This document shows positions 1-10,120 of a DNA stretch of 64,000 nt, one piece after another. The notes under the pieces are model-generated. The model was not told where the DNA came from, did not search any database, and was given only the letters and a program-made list of their open reading frames with translations. Position 1 is the first letter of the stretch. Each line of letters opens with the position of its first letter. Source of the stretch: Octopus bimaculoides (lineage: Eukaryota). The DNA is taken from the NCBI RefSeq assembly GCF_001194135.2, contig NC_068988.1:16784513-16848512 (forward strand). Direction: 5' to 3'. The position numbers and the translations under genes are program-made.

Positions 1-61
<61 letters not shown>

Positions 62-110
62 GTACTACACATAGATACACAAACATACAGTCACACACAC
101 ACGCGTACAC
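1..110. repeat. (TA)n/(TATG)n/(CA)n compound microsatellite
   Basis: Directly visible runs at the window start. Confidence 0.95.
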
Positions 111-2109
111 ATGAAAATAAAGTGATAGTTACAAAGTTATCTACCATTGTCAAATTATGATACTTTATTATAAACAATAATTTTCTAAACATAAGTGGAA
201 ATAAAAAGTCTCATGAAACTAGCTGAAATCTGCCTCAGCAGAAAGACAGGATACATTCAGTAGTTACATAAGATATTATGTCGCGCAGGAGACGATATTG
301 CTGACGCCAGAACTCTTTCATTATCATGGTATATAAAATTATCTGAATTTGCCGAATTTCCAAACGAGAGCTTATGCAAATTTTTTCTCCCTCCTTCAAC
401 GTCTCTCTTTATATTTGCTGCATAATTACAATTTATACACTGGTTATTAAAACAAGTAAAATTCCATTTCAAATTATCGACAAACATTGTGTTATATGAT
501 TCAATTATTCCACGCTGTCAGCTGAATGCATTGTCATGCAACTTTTTCTAATCTGTTTCGCTGTTTCCTAGTTTGTATACAATATGTAGCGAATTATGAG
601 CTACTGATAACTCCGTACACAAGTGCCGGATAAAAACATATATTATTATGATAAAAATTCAGTTGCTCTTATATTTTTGTTCTGCTTTAACGAAACCCGT
701 CGTGTGAAATGAACTGGACCGCTGTCCAGATATCTCATACCTACATTTTGATATGGGTCATATTGAACATTCTGATATATGGCTAATTTTAAATGATAAA
801 TTTCGCTGTAGATGACAGTTGTGCGCTTTCATTTAAAATTAGGTCAGTATGTCGTTTGTTATGTTGTTACTTCGCTGCAAATCTACTTTCATTATCCTTC
901 TTTTTAATCAGAATCATTCACAATATAACCATCCGATTTCTTTCGGTTATATAAAAGTTAATTTGATATGTGTTTTGTAGAAGGAGATAACAAGATTAAT
1001 CTGCAGGAGCTTTAACTGCTGTTTCAAGGAGGCATCCTTAATGTTCCATCTTAACGTGATTCTCTCGGTGGACACGACATTGTCAGACAAGATAAAGCCC
1101 GTCTGATTATGATATTTATTTCTCTTTTGCATTTTTATTATATACAGAAATATTTTTTTTTTAGCTGAATTGAGTGTATGATACTGCGTATATATGTCCT
1201 ACAGATGTATATATTTTGGAAATACTGTGTGGATCGAAATATATTTCCGTTGTATTCCATGTTCGGGAAAAATGCTTCCTTGTAGATGTACAATGAGAGT
1301 GGAATCTGGGTGCAGCCCATGTTATGGTGACATGCTAATTGTATTCTTAGTACTTTGCTATAATACGTTGTTGCAAATTTAAGGGCTGGAAGCAGTGCTT
1401 GAATATATCTGGTACTCCTATATCCTCTTACCAGTTTAGTTATAACAATCTGAATGTGGTGTGCAAAGGCTATCATTCTCATCTTGACAGAGTTCAATAT
1501 AATGAATTAGCTTTCAAACTTAATAATATATAAGAGACAGACATCTTTTCTATTCCCTTTCTCAAACTTTTGTATTTGCCTTGTCTTATTGGCAGTTAGT
1601 GTACAACTTCCACTCAACATTTAGAGGTAGCACACAGAAAACAGACGAAGTTTTAGAGGTAGTGGGGTAGAATAGAATTGAAAGAGCCCTTATAGTTTTT
1701 ACGATATGAATGTGCTAATGTTAAAGTGAGGATTGAGAAAATGTGTTATTCCTCCGTTAATGTATTTCTAAGTATTGTTATAGAAACTGATAATTAGAAA
1801 AATAAATTCTACTGTAGCACTGACACATCAAATACTAGATTATATGTTATTATTCTAGATGATTCAAAGAAAAATGAATAATTAATTAAAAAAATCTCTA
1901 CCGAATTTTTCATTCTCCGCAGACAATATCTTATCTGTTTCATTTTTCGTCCATCCCTTTGTATTCAGAAAAATACAAAAATCTATACATAATAACATTA
2001 CAAAAAGTGAATTATGTTTAGCTTGATCTATCCACATCACCGGCGACATTATTAAACATATTAAGCATCTAAAATAGATATTTGCAGACATAATAACTCA
2101 TAAAATCTA

Positions 2110-2892
2110 TGGTAGAATCGTTAACGCGTTGGATAAAAAGCTGAGTGGTATTTCTACTGATACTTTAGGTTCTGAGTTCAAATGCTGCTCAAGTATATTT
2201 TATTTTCATCGTTTCACCGTCGCTAAAAAAGACTGTAAACCTGAGCAATGGGCTCTATATCTCCCCTACTCGAATATTGCTGACCTTATACTAAAATATA
2301 AACTATTAATAGTTATTAGAGAGGCGAGTTGGAGGAAACGTTAGAGCATTGGATAAAAGGCTTTACTGATTCTTTACCTTTTGTGTTCACGTACCTCTCG
2401 GGACAGCATTTCAGAGTCGATAAAATAATTACCAGTTAAGCACTGGGGTCGATGTAACAGATATATAGCATCCTCAAAAAACTGCAGGCCATGTGTCAAA
2501 ACTTGAAGCTGTTACTAAAACAACGAGCTGATAGAATCGTTAAAATGCCGGGCAAAATGTTTAGCGGCATTTTGTCCGTCTTTTCGTTCTGAGTTCAAAT
2601 TCCGTCGAGGTTCACTTTGCCTTTCTAAATCGGTGAAAATAAGTCCCAGTTGAATAATAGAATCGAGGAAATCGATTTACCCATCCCTGATATTTTTGGC
2701 CTTGTGCCAAAATCTGAAACCAGCGCGCTGGTCAAAATGCTTAGCGGTATGTTATCTGTCTTTGCTTCCTGAGTTCAAACACCGTTGAGGTCGACTCTGA
2801 CTCTTATCTTTTTGGGGGTCGATGACATAAGAATTAGGCAAGTACTGGGGTCGATATAGTTAACTTCCATTTCCCCTCAAAAATTTGAAACC
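2110..2892 (+). mobile_element. Cluster of four head-to-tail degenerate SINE-B copies (about 2110-2230, 2321-2510, 2522-2721, 2722-2892)
   Basis: Each copy matches parts of the better-preserved copy at 9742-9948: GAATCGTTA head, TTCTGAGTTCAAAT B-box-like segment, ACTGGGGTCGAT, GGCCTTGTGCCAAAA tail. Confidence 0.8.
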
Positions 2893-2894
2893 AT

Positions 2895-2947
2895 TCTTCT
2901 TCTTCTTCTTCTTCTTCTTCTTCATCTTCTCAACATCATCACCATTA

Positions 2948-3007
<60 letters not shown>
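2895..3007. repeat. Compound trinucleotide array (CTT)n-(CAT)n-(ATT)n
   Basis: Directly visible. Confidence 0.95.
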
Positions 3008-3008
<1 letters not shown>

Positions 3009-3115
3009 TCCTGCCATCACTGCAGATGTTTTTCTCTTATCACTTTTAGTGCCTTTGGATATCAATATTTTCAAACTTCATGGAAGAACAAAATTTTAGA
3101 TTTATTTTCTTACAG

Positions 3116-3260
3116 CGGCTGTTTGAACCGTTGGAATTCTGCCCATCCAGGGTACAGACGAACAAAGAATTTTGTCGTTAGAAAAAATAGATTATTTTAT
3201 TATCTTGCTTACGTATACATAAATATGGCAACACTAAAACTCACCAAATCCAAAATCGTT
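3116..3260 (+). CDS. Candidate exon, PH-domain N-terminal-like peptide (GCLNRWNSAHPGYRRTKNFVVRKNRLFYY)
   Basis: A pyrimidine-rich acceptor TTTATTTTCTTACAG ends at 3115 and an open frame follows. The spacing G-x-L-x-R-W...G-Y-x-R...F-V-V...L-x-Y-Y resembles OSBP-type PH beta1-beta3 by eye only. The donor is weak or uncertain. Confidence 0.2.
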
Positions 3261-3313
3261 AGAGTTTTCACGGAGTTGAATCCTCATCTCCATTCTCCTT
3301 TACCTCCTCTTAC

Positions 3314-3337
3314 TATAACAACAATAACAACAACTAT

Positions 3338-3385
<48 letters not shown>

Positions 3386-3388
3386 AGC

Positions 3389-3439
<51 letters not shown>

Positions 3440-3482
3440 TGATGATGATGATAATAATAAAAAGAAAAAGAAGATACAGCCA
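3314..3482. repeat. Compound trinucleotide array (ACA/ACT)n-(AAT)n-(GAT)n-(AAG)-like
   Basis: Directly visible. It produces the poly-T/N/D and poly-L/V/I/S ORFs in the ORF track. Confidence 0.95.
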
Positions 3483-3989
3483 CCTTGGAATGGGTAAGGA
3501 AGGGATATTGACATCTGTAAGTTTATATAATAGTGTTTCAGAGAGATGCGATTCTAGCGATAAATTTGGTAAAGCAACAATAAAATTAAACTTGGTCACA
3601 CATCCTCTCCCATACGCCTATGTGCACACACAAACTTTGCGAAACGGAAATAACTTGGTATTTCTCAATGATAGCAATTCAAGAGGAACTTCAGTTTCCT
3701 CTGTTGCACAAACAACTCGCAGCAGACAAACTTTGTGTTTGCTATAAATAAACACCTTAAAGATCGCATAGCAGCACTGGTCGTAAAATCCTCTACCAGA
3801 ACTTTTGCACATACACGAAAATGAAAAAAACTATTCTAGATATGCATTGCTAGGCCTACATGAGCTACTCGATCCTGTTAATGGGACACAGATGATGATA
3901 TGATGCTTTCTCCAAGAAAGTCAGCTTCGCAAATTTTTGCTGAACAACCGTTTATATGATTCGTTTACAATGTGCACTGTGCATTAGCT

Positions 3990-4190
3990 CACCCCCCCCC
4001 CATCCCATGAAACGAACGTTGTTTGAAAAGGTGCACGGTATTCCATGAGTCAGATATCGAAGTGACCGTAGATCCACGTGTGATGAGCTGTTTTCCTCAT
4101 GAACACAACGCACCATCCTGTCCAGGAATTGTAAACATAATATTCCGATCGTGAGTGTAACAATTTAACCACGAGGCTATGCGCCTTTAA
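3990..4190 (-). mobile_element. Highly degenerate tRNA-headed SINE-C-like copy
   Basis: The reverse complement of 4070-4190 reads GGCGCATAGCCTCGTGGTTAA...CTCACGATCG...CAATTCCTGGACAGG...GCGTTGTGTTCATGAG, similar to the heads at 6262 and 9583. Confidence 0.5.
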
Positions 4191-4914
4191 AAATACAACG
4201 GTTACGGAACGCATAGGGCATTATAAGTTTGTTTCAAAATTTGAGGGCGTCGCATTTCAACAAACCGAATTATTGTTTTAACGTATCTCGAACGTGGAAC
4301 AATAGAAGCGTGTAGATCAGCAGAAGTAGATATGGGTATGTGGTCGGTTTCTAGTGATATGATCTCACAAAAAACATTCGATCCCGATGTTAAGGGCTGA
4401 AAGAAGGGCTTGGGGCTACTCGTTCATCGTAGCAGTACGTATGCGTCACATATAGTAATAAAGGCAATTTATGAGCTTTTGTTTAACCGAAACAAGGAAC
4501 TCTGAAGCGATAAATTTGTAACAGGAGTTCTTATGTTATTAGAAATCCCAATTTTCTCATGTGTTTGTTTTGGATCTAATATTTTCTAAGAAGAATAACC
4601 TACGGCAGCAACTTGAAATTCTGATCGAATGTCATGGGAAAATTGTGATTTAGAGTACCGGGATTTCATTGACATTAACATATCTCATCCTTCTGTGAGT
4701 GAGTTATCCAAAATAAGTTCCATTGTTTTCTTTATTTCAATCAAACGACATGAGATAAAGGCTAAAAAAAATCAGCATCGTCCTCCACCAACATTGCCAT
4801 TCAATCAATGCCATCGACTCTTCCATGCAAGAATTCGTCTACAAAATCATCAACAGTATCACCATAAATGAAGAGTTCAGCAAATACTCGGATACGATAC
4901 AAAGCCGACGACAA

Positions 4915-4955
<41 letters not shown>

Positions 4956-5080
4956 CACACACACGTCATACCCATATATTAAGTTTCATTGTTTTATTTA
5001 TTTAAATGATATCTTGTTTTACATATTTCTCGTTTCATGTGATCTGTTTTAAAAGTTTATCAAGCTATGATATACATTGC

Positions 5081-5186
5081 TAGTTACCTTACGTGTGGTC
5101 ACTACTAGTTACCTTACGTGTGGTCACTACTAGTTACCTTACGTATGGTCACTACTAGTTACCTTATGTGTGGTCACTACTGGTTA
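5081..5186 (+). repeat. 25-bp minisatellite TAGTTACCTTACGTGTGGTCACTAC x4 plus partial
   Basis: Units start at 5081, 5106, 5131 and 5156, with single substitutions in units 3 and 4 and no spacers. Confidence 0.95.
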
Positions 5187-6261
5187 TTATTATTTACCTT
5201 GCTCCTCTGCACACATTTTTATGATACCAGTATGTAACTTTGTTTTTTGCAAATTTCACGCTCACTGTTGAATGTATGTAACTCTTTAACGCTTAGATTT
5301 CCTTGTCTCACAATGTTAGAGGTATGTGATCAACTAGTCGCTTCCGTTATACTGAAAACATAATTTTATAAAGGCTTAGTTGTTTATATATTTTACAATC
5401 CCAGTCAATGTATGGACTCGACTCCCAAACCGAATCAAGTGTAGGAAAGAAATAGCCTCAGTAAACAAATTGACAATTATAGCAAAGTAAACGATTTCCG
5501 ATTGTTTACATTACAACGTGACAGTTATATATTACCAGACCTTTCATTTAGGTGCGTCTACACTTTTAATATCAATAACACCGGCAGCTTTTTGCTTTGG
5601 ATAAATCAGTCTATTAATTACACATACTATTGATCTAAACACCTGATCAAAACTAAAAGCTAAGAAGTTAACTAAAAATTGTATTTAACTAAAGATGATT
5701 ATCTATTTCGATTAGACTTTCAAATATCAAACTATATCTCCATATTTACGAACATATCCCCCAAAGCAAACGGTGTATCTTTGTTGATGTAGATACATCA
5801 TGGAAAGCCAAATTAAGTTCGATATTATCTGTTATAGAGATTCAATGTTAAATAAAAACACAAGAATATATTAGAGACAAGAAAACATCATCCAGAAATG
5901 GCGGTGGTATTTTTAGATGCACATTTCTGCTATTTTGAAATTCGTCAGTAGAAAGTACGCACTGGCAGCCGTCCAGGAAGATAAAATTCCTCGTCACTTG
6001 AATGAAAAAAAGACGATTGAAAAATCTCTGATACCGAAATTAGACGGCCAGCTGCATACCGATTCGTTGCGATCAACAGATTTAGTGTTAGTTTAAACTA
6101 GTAATCTGTGTATCATACTTCACGTAGATATATCATGAAGAGCTAAATAAACTGTAGTGTACTGTACATCGATCTGAGATATTATCTCCTGTAGATGGTA
6201 GACATACAGTCTATGTACCGAAATATGTCAGTAGCAAAATTATAAGAGATAGTATGTGAAG

Positions 6262-6480
6262 TGGAGGCACATGGAGTAGTTGTTAGGGTGTTGGAATCAT
6301 GATCGTAAGAAAGTGGCTTCGATTTCTGGACAAGGTGACGCGTTGTGTTCTTGGGCAACCACCACATTTGACTCAGCTGGCAAAAATAAGTAACCCTGCG
6401 ACGGTCCGGTGTCCCGTCCATGTGGGGAATATATGCGCCATGAAACCGGGACGTCCGCTCCTACCTGTCGGTGCCACCTT
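6262..6480 (+). mobile_element. tRNA-headed SINE with ACCCTGCGA..TCCCGTCCA central domain (MetaSINE-like)
   Basis: Degenerate A/B boxes (TGGAGTAGTTGTTAGG; GGCTTCGATTTC), then GCGTTGTGTTCTTGGGCAA and AACCCTGCGACGGTCCGGTGTCCCGTCCA...CATGAAACCGGGA. The domain name is from recall. Confidence 0.5.
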
Positions 6481-6553
6481 TAGTATACTATGTAAAGATA
6501 ATTACCTCAGATAGTAAATCGTCATATTACATTATATGGGAATCGAATAACGA

Positions 6554-6627
<74 letters not shown>

Positions 6628-6802
6628 CCCTAAATGATTATTCATCGGAAAAAATATGTGTAATCTCAAATATCCTCAAATTTGTATTTCTAATATGTAG
6701 CATTTTAATAGCATTAGTAATCGTAGATAATTAATCTTGTGGTCAATGTAGTTTGTTAATCCATTAATTAGATACTATAGACATTATTAGATGAACAACA
6801 AT

Positions 6803-7305
6803 ATACGCTCTTCAAATCATTGCATGGAATATCCTATACTAAGCATACAATATTTTATACACGAACCGTATGTGTTTGAATGTAAATGCAATGATTTATA
6901 CAGCAAGACATATTCGTATATGTACAACGGATATATTCATAGTCATTTATACGGCTCTAAGTGTGTGTATATATATATATATAAAATATATATAGTTTTA
7001 GGGAAAATAACCAATTTTCAAGAACTCATCGATGAAAATCCACTATCACATATAGAAAAATTAATAATTAAAAGCACAATAAATGAGTATAATATAAAGT
7101 AAAGTAAATATCATAAGATAAATATAATAAAAAGATACGCTCTTCAAATCATTGCATGGAATATCCTATACTAAGCATACAATATTTTATACACGAACCG
7201 TATGTGTTTGAATGTAAATGCAATGATTTATACAGCAAGACATATACGAATATGTCTTGCTGTATAAATCATTGCATTTACATTCAAACACATACGGTTC
7301 GTGTA
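6803..7305. repeat. 111-bp direct duplication (6803-6913 = 7135-7245) whose second copy folds back into a perfect 56-bp inverted repeat (7190-7245/7250-7305) abutting a gap
   Basis: Read directly by base comparison. Confidence 0.9.
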
Positions 7306-7923
7306 NNNNNNNNNNNNNNNNNNNNNNNNNNNNNNNNNNNNNNNNNNNNNNNNNNNNNNNNNNNNNNNNNNNNNNNNNNNNNNNNNNNNNNNNNNNNNNN
7401 NNNNNNNNNNNNNNNNNNNNNNNNNNNNNNNNNNNNNNNNNNNNNNNNNNNNNNNNNNNNNNNNNNNNNNNNNNNNNNNNNNNNNNNNNNNNNNNNNNNN
7501 NNNNNNNNNNNNNNNNNNNNNNNNNNNNNNNNNNNNNNNNNNNNNNNNNNNNNNNNNNNNNNNNNNNNNNNNNNNNNNNNNNNNNNNNNNNNNNNNNNNN
7601 NNNNNNNNNNNNNNNNNNNNNNNNNNNNNNNNNNNNNNNNNNNNNNNNNNNNNNNNNNNNNNNNNNNNNNNNNNNNNNNNNNNNNNNNNNNNNNNNNNNN
7701 NNNNNNNNNNNNNNNNNNNNNNNNNNNNNNNNNNNNNNNNNNNNNNNNNNNNNNNNNNNNNNNNNNNNNNNNNNNNNNNNNNNNNNNNNNNNNNNNNNNN
7801 NNNNNNNNNNNNNNNNNNNNNNNNNNNNNNNNNNNNNNNNNNNNNNNNNNNNNNNNNNNNNNNNNNNNNNNNNNNNNNNNNNNNNNNNNNNNNNNNNNNN
7901 NNNNNNNNNNNNNNNNNNNNNNN
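7306..7923. other. Assembly gap (N run). Further gaps at about 25365-25448, 32197-32357, 37304-37380, 42898-43025 and 46589-46903, plus several 10-N gaps
   Basis: N bases, mostly bordered by microsatellites. Confidence 1.
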
Positions 7924-7972
7924 CAACAAGGTGGAAGAAAGAGTACTCAAATACCAGAGGTAGAGTAAAATG

Positions 7973-8103
7973 CTTTATTTAAAAGCAGCAGAAATATAAC
8001 AAAAAAACCGTTACTCTGAGTTTCACGTTCCCGTTCATCGGAGGGAACGTGAAACTCAGAGTAACGTTTTTTTTTGTTATATTTCTGCTGCTTTTAAATA
8101 AAG
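7973..8103. repeat. Near-perfect 60-bp inverted repeat (7973-8032/8043-8103) containing an HHR-like core, probably a Penelope-like terminal-repeat foldback
   Basis: The arms are reverse complements apart from the poly-A/T tract. The minus strand 8041-8012 reads CCGATGA-ACG-GGAA-CGT-GAAAC-TCAGA-GTA. Confidence 0.75.
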
Positions 8104-8137
<34 letters not shown>

Positions 8138-9270
8138 TGTATGTATGTATGTATGTATACACATGAATGTGTATTTATGTATTTATGTATATAAGCAGAC
8201 AGATATAGATACAAATATACACACACATATATACACAATGATAGATATATTTTCGCACACAACACAGCGTATAATTTAACTATAATTTAAACTTGTAATA
8301 TGAATCTATCTACTATCAGTTTCTAAGCGGTAATGTAATAGAATATATTAACAGTATTATAGCCATGGATTACACACACATATACACACATACACACATA
8401 CACACACACATACACACACACACACATGCAAGCACACAGCCACACGCATATATAACGGTAGCATCTAAGAATGAGAGTAAGTACTGAGTGTGCACGCAAG
8501 CACACAAACACACACATACGCACATATACACACACATACACACATTCATTTATAATTATATTTATAGTTATACATAAGCAAAAGTGACCTAGTGCATTTG
8601 CAAATAAAATTCATATATGCACAATAATTATCCGCATCCTTGCGAAAGAGGCCTGTATGTTCAATAAAGACCCATATATTTGCAATGGAAATTTAGTGTA
8701 TAAGCAGCGGAGGTTCATTTAAATAGGGACGTAATTACGAAGTTAAGTGTTTCAATCTTCACGGCTTCCGTTACGTGTCCAAATTAATACGATTATTACA
8801 TTACACGAAACTAACAAAATCACCGAGTTATATATTTGATTGGCAAGTTTGCAGTTCATAGAAGTGCATCTTAGTTAATTTTGTGGTTAAAGTAGCCAAA
8901 TATTAAACTGCTTAAATATAATATTTAATCTGATATTCTAATAATTGGCTATGTCTTTCATCTTCACTACAGATCTATTTGATAGGGAAAATGAGATTAC
9001 TTTGACGTTTTCAACAGCCTTCGTGATGTAAGCGATGTTAAAATGTCCCAAACTCAGATTGAAGTAATGTAATATTAAGATTTCCTCGACTCAGTTTCTT
9101 CTTGCTTTTATAATATGATACCTACCATTCAGGTTGCATAATATCTATCTAGAGATTAGATTGAGAAACAATTTTGCGGAGCAGTGAAGTATAGTAGAAA
9201 AACCCTTAGCATTATGTTTGCGTAAACAACTTTCATTTAATCTAAACATTTGGATAATAACTAGAACTAT

Positions 9271-9583
9271 ATCGATTACGATGATAAGAGTTGCAGTTTA
9301 TCTGATCAATGGAACAGCCTGCTGGTGAAATTAATGTGCAAGTGGCTGAGCACTCCACAGACACGTGTACACTTGACGTAATTCTCAGGGAGATTTAGTG
9401 TGACACAGAAAGTGACAAGGTTGGCCCTTTGAAATACAAGTACTAATTATTTTTGCTAGCTGAGTGAACTAGAGCAACGTGAAATAAAATATCTTGCTCA
9501 AGGACACAACGCGTCACTGGGAGTTGCACTCATGACCTGGCGATCGTGAGCCGAATACCCTAACCTCTAAACCAAGAGTCTTC
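9271..9583 (-). mobile_element. SINE-C variant (tRNA head, GTGTCCTTGAGCAAG core, 3' tail shared with the 18489-18870 copy)
   Basis: 9295-9440 is the reverse complement of the ACACGTGTCTGTGGAGTGCTCAGCCACTTGCAC..CAGGCTGTTCC tail at about 18750-18830. Confidence 0.85.
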
Positions 9584-9741
9584 AGAAACATTTGCATAAT
9601 AGAAACTCTTATCCTATCGAACATGAAAGGTCTGAGCCTGAAGTCTAGGATCTGGAAGGGCTCGATCATTCAAAGTACAGTAAAAACTTAGTTCTCGGAA
9701 ATTATGAAATATATTTGATATAATTTTGTTTAATTTCTGCA

Positions 9742-9948
9742 GCGGCGAGCTGGCAGAAACGTTAGCACGCCAGGTGAAGTGCTTAGTAGTTTTTCGCATG
9801 TCCTTACGTTTTGAGTTCAAAATTCCGCCGAGGTTGACTTTGCCTTTCAGGGTTGATAAATTAAATACCAGTTGCGTACTGGGGTCGATCTAATCGACTG
9901 GCCCCTTCTCCAAAAATTTCAGTCCTTGTGTCTAGAGTAGAAAAGAAT
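9742..9948 (+). mobile_element. SINE-B, well-preserved copy
   Basis: A-box-like TGGCAGAAACGTTAG, B-box-like GAGTTCAAAATTCC, then GACTTTGCCTTTCA, CTGGGGTCGATCTAATCGACT and CCTTGTGTCTAGAGTAGAAAAGAA. The motif set recurs more than 20 times in the window. Confidence 0.9.
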
Positions 9949-10035
9949 TCTATTTCTTTCAGTTGAAGCCACTGAATTATCGTTCGTAGGTCCCCAATTT
10001 CTTGTGCATCTCTACCAACAAAATTAAGGTAGATA

Positions 10036-10120
10036 CGTATTCTGTAATATTGATAAGTGTTCTGTATTTTGATATTGATAAGTGTTCTGTAATAATGTAG
10101 ATAAGTGTTCTGTAAGTGGA
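10036..10120 (+). repeat. Imperfect tandem repeat with GATAAGTGTTCTGTA core x3
   Basis: Directly visible. Confidence 0.75.

Noticed and set aside
1138-1497. 119-aa minus-strand ORF or possible GIY-YIG remnant
   Set aside because: No motif could be placed convincingly in any frame.
3284-3747. Poly-L/V/I/S/T/N ORFs resembling membrane or low-complexity proteins
   Set aside because: They are translations of trinucleotide microsatellites. The same applies to the many [16 protein letters not shown] ORFs throughout the window.
5081-5186. CRISPR-like direct repeats
   Set aside because: The units are contiguous with no spacers, and the context is eukaryotic.
7156-7982. Long ORFs of 220-270 aa
   Set aside because: They consist almost entirely of N-gap (X) residues.
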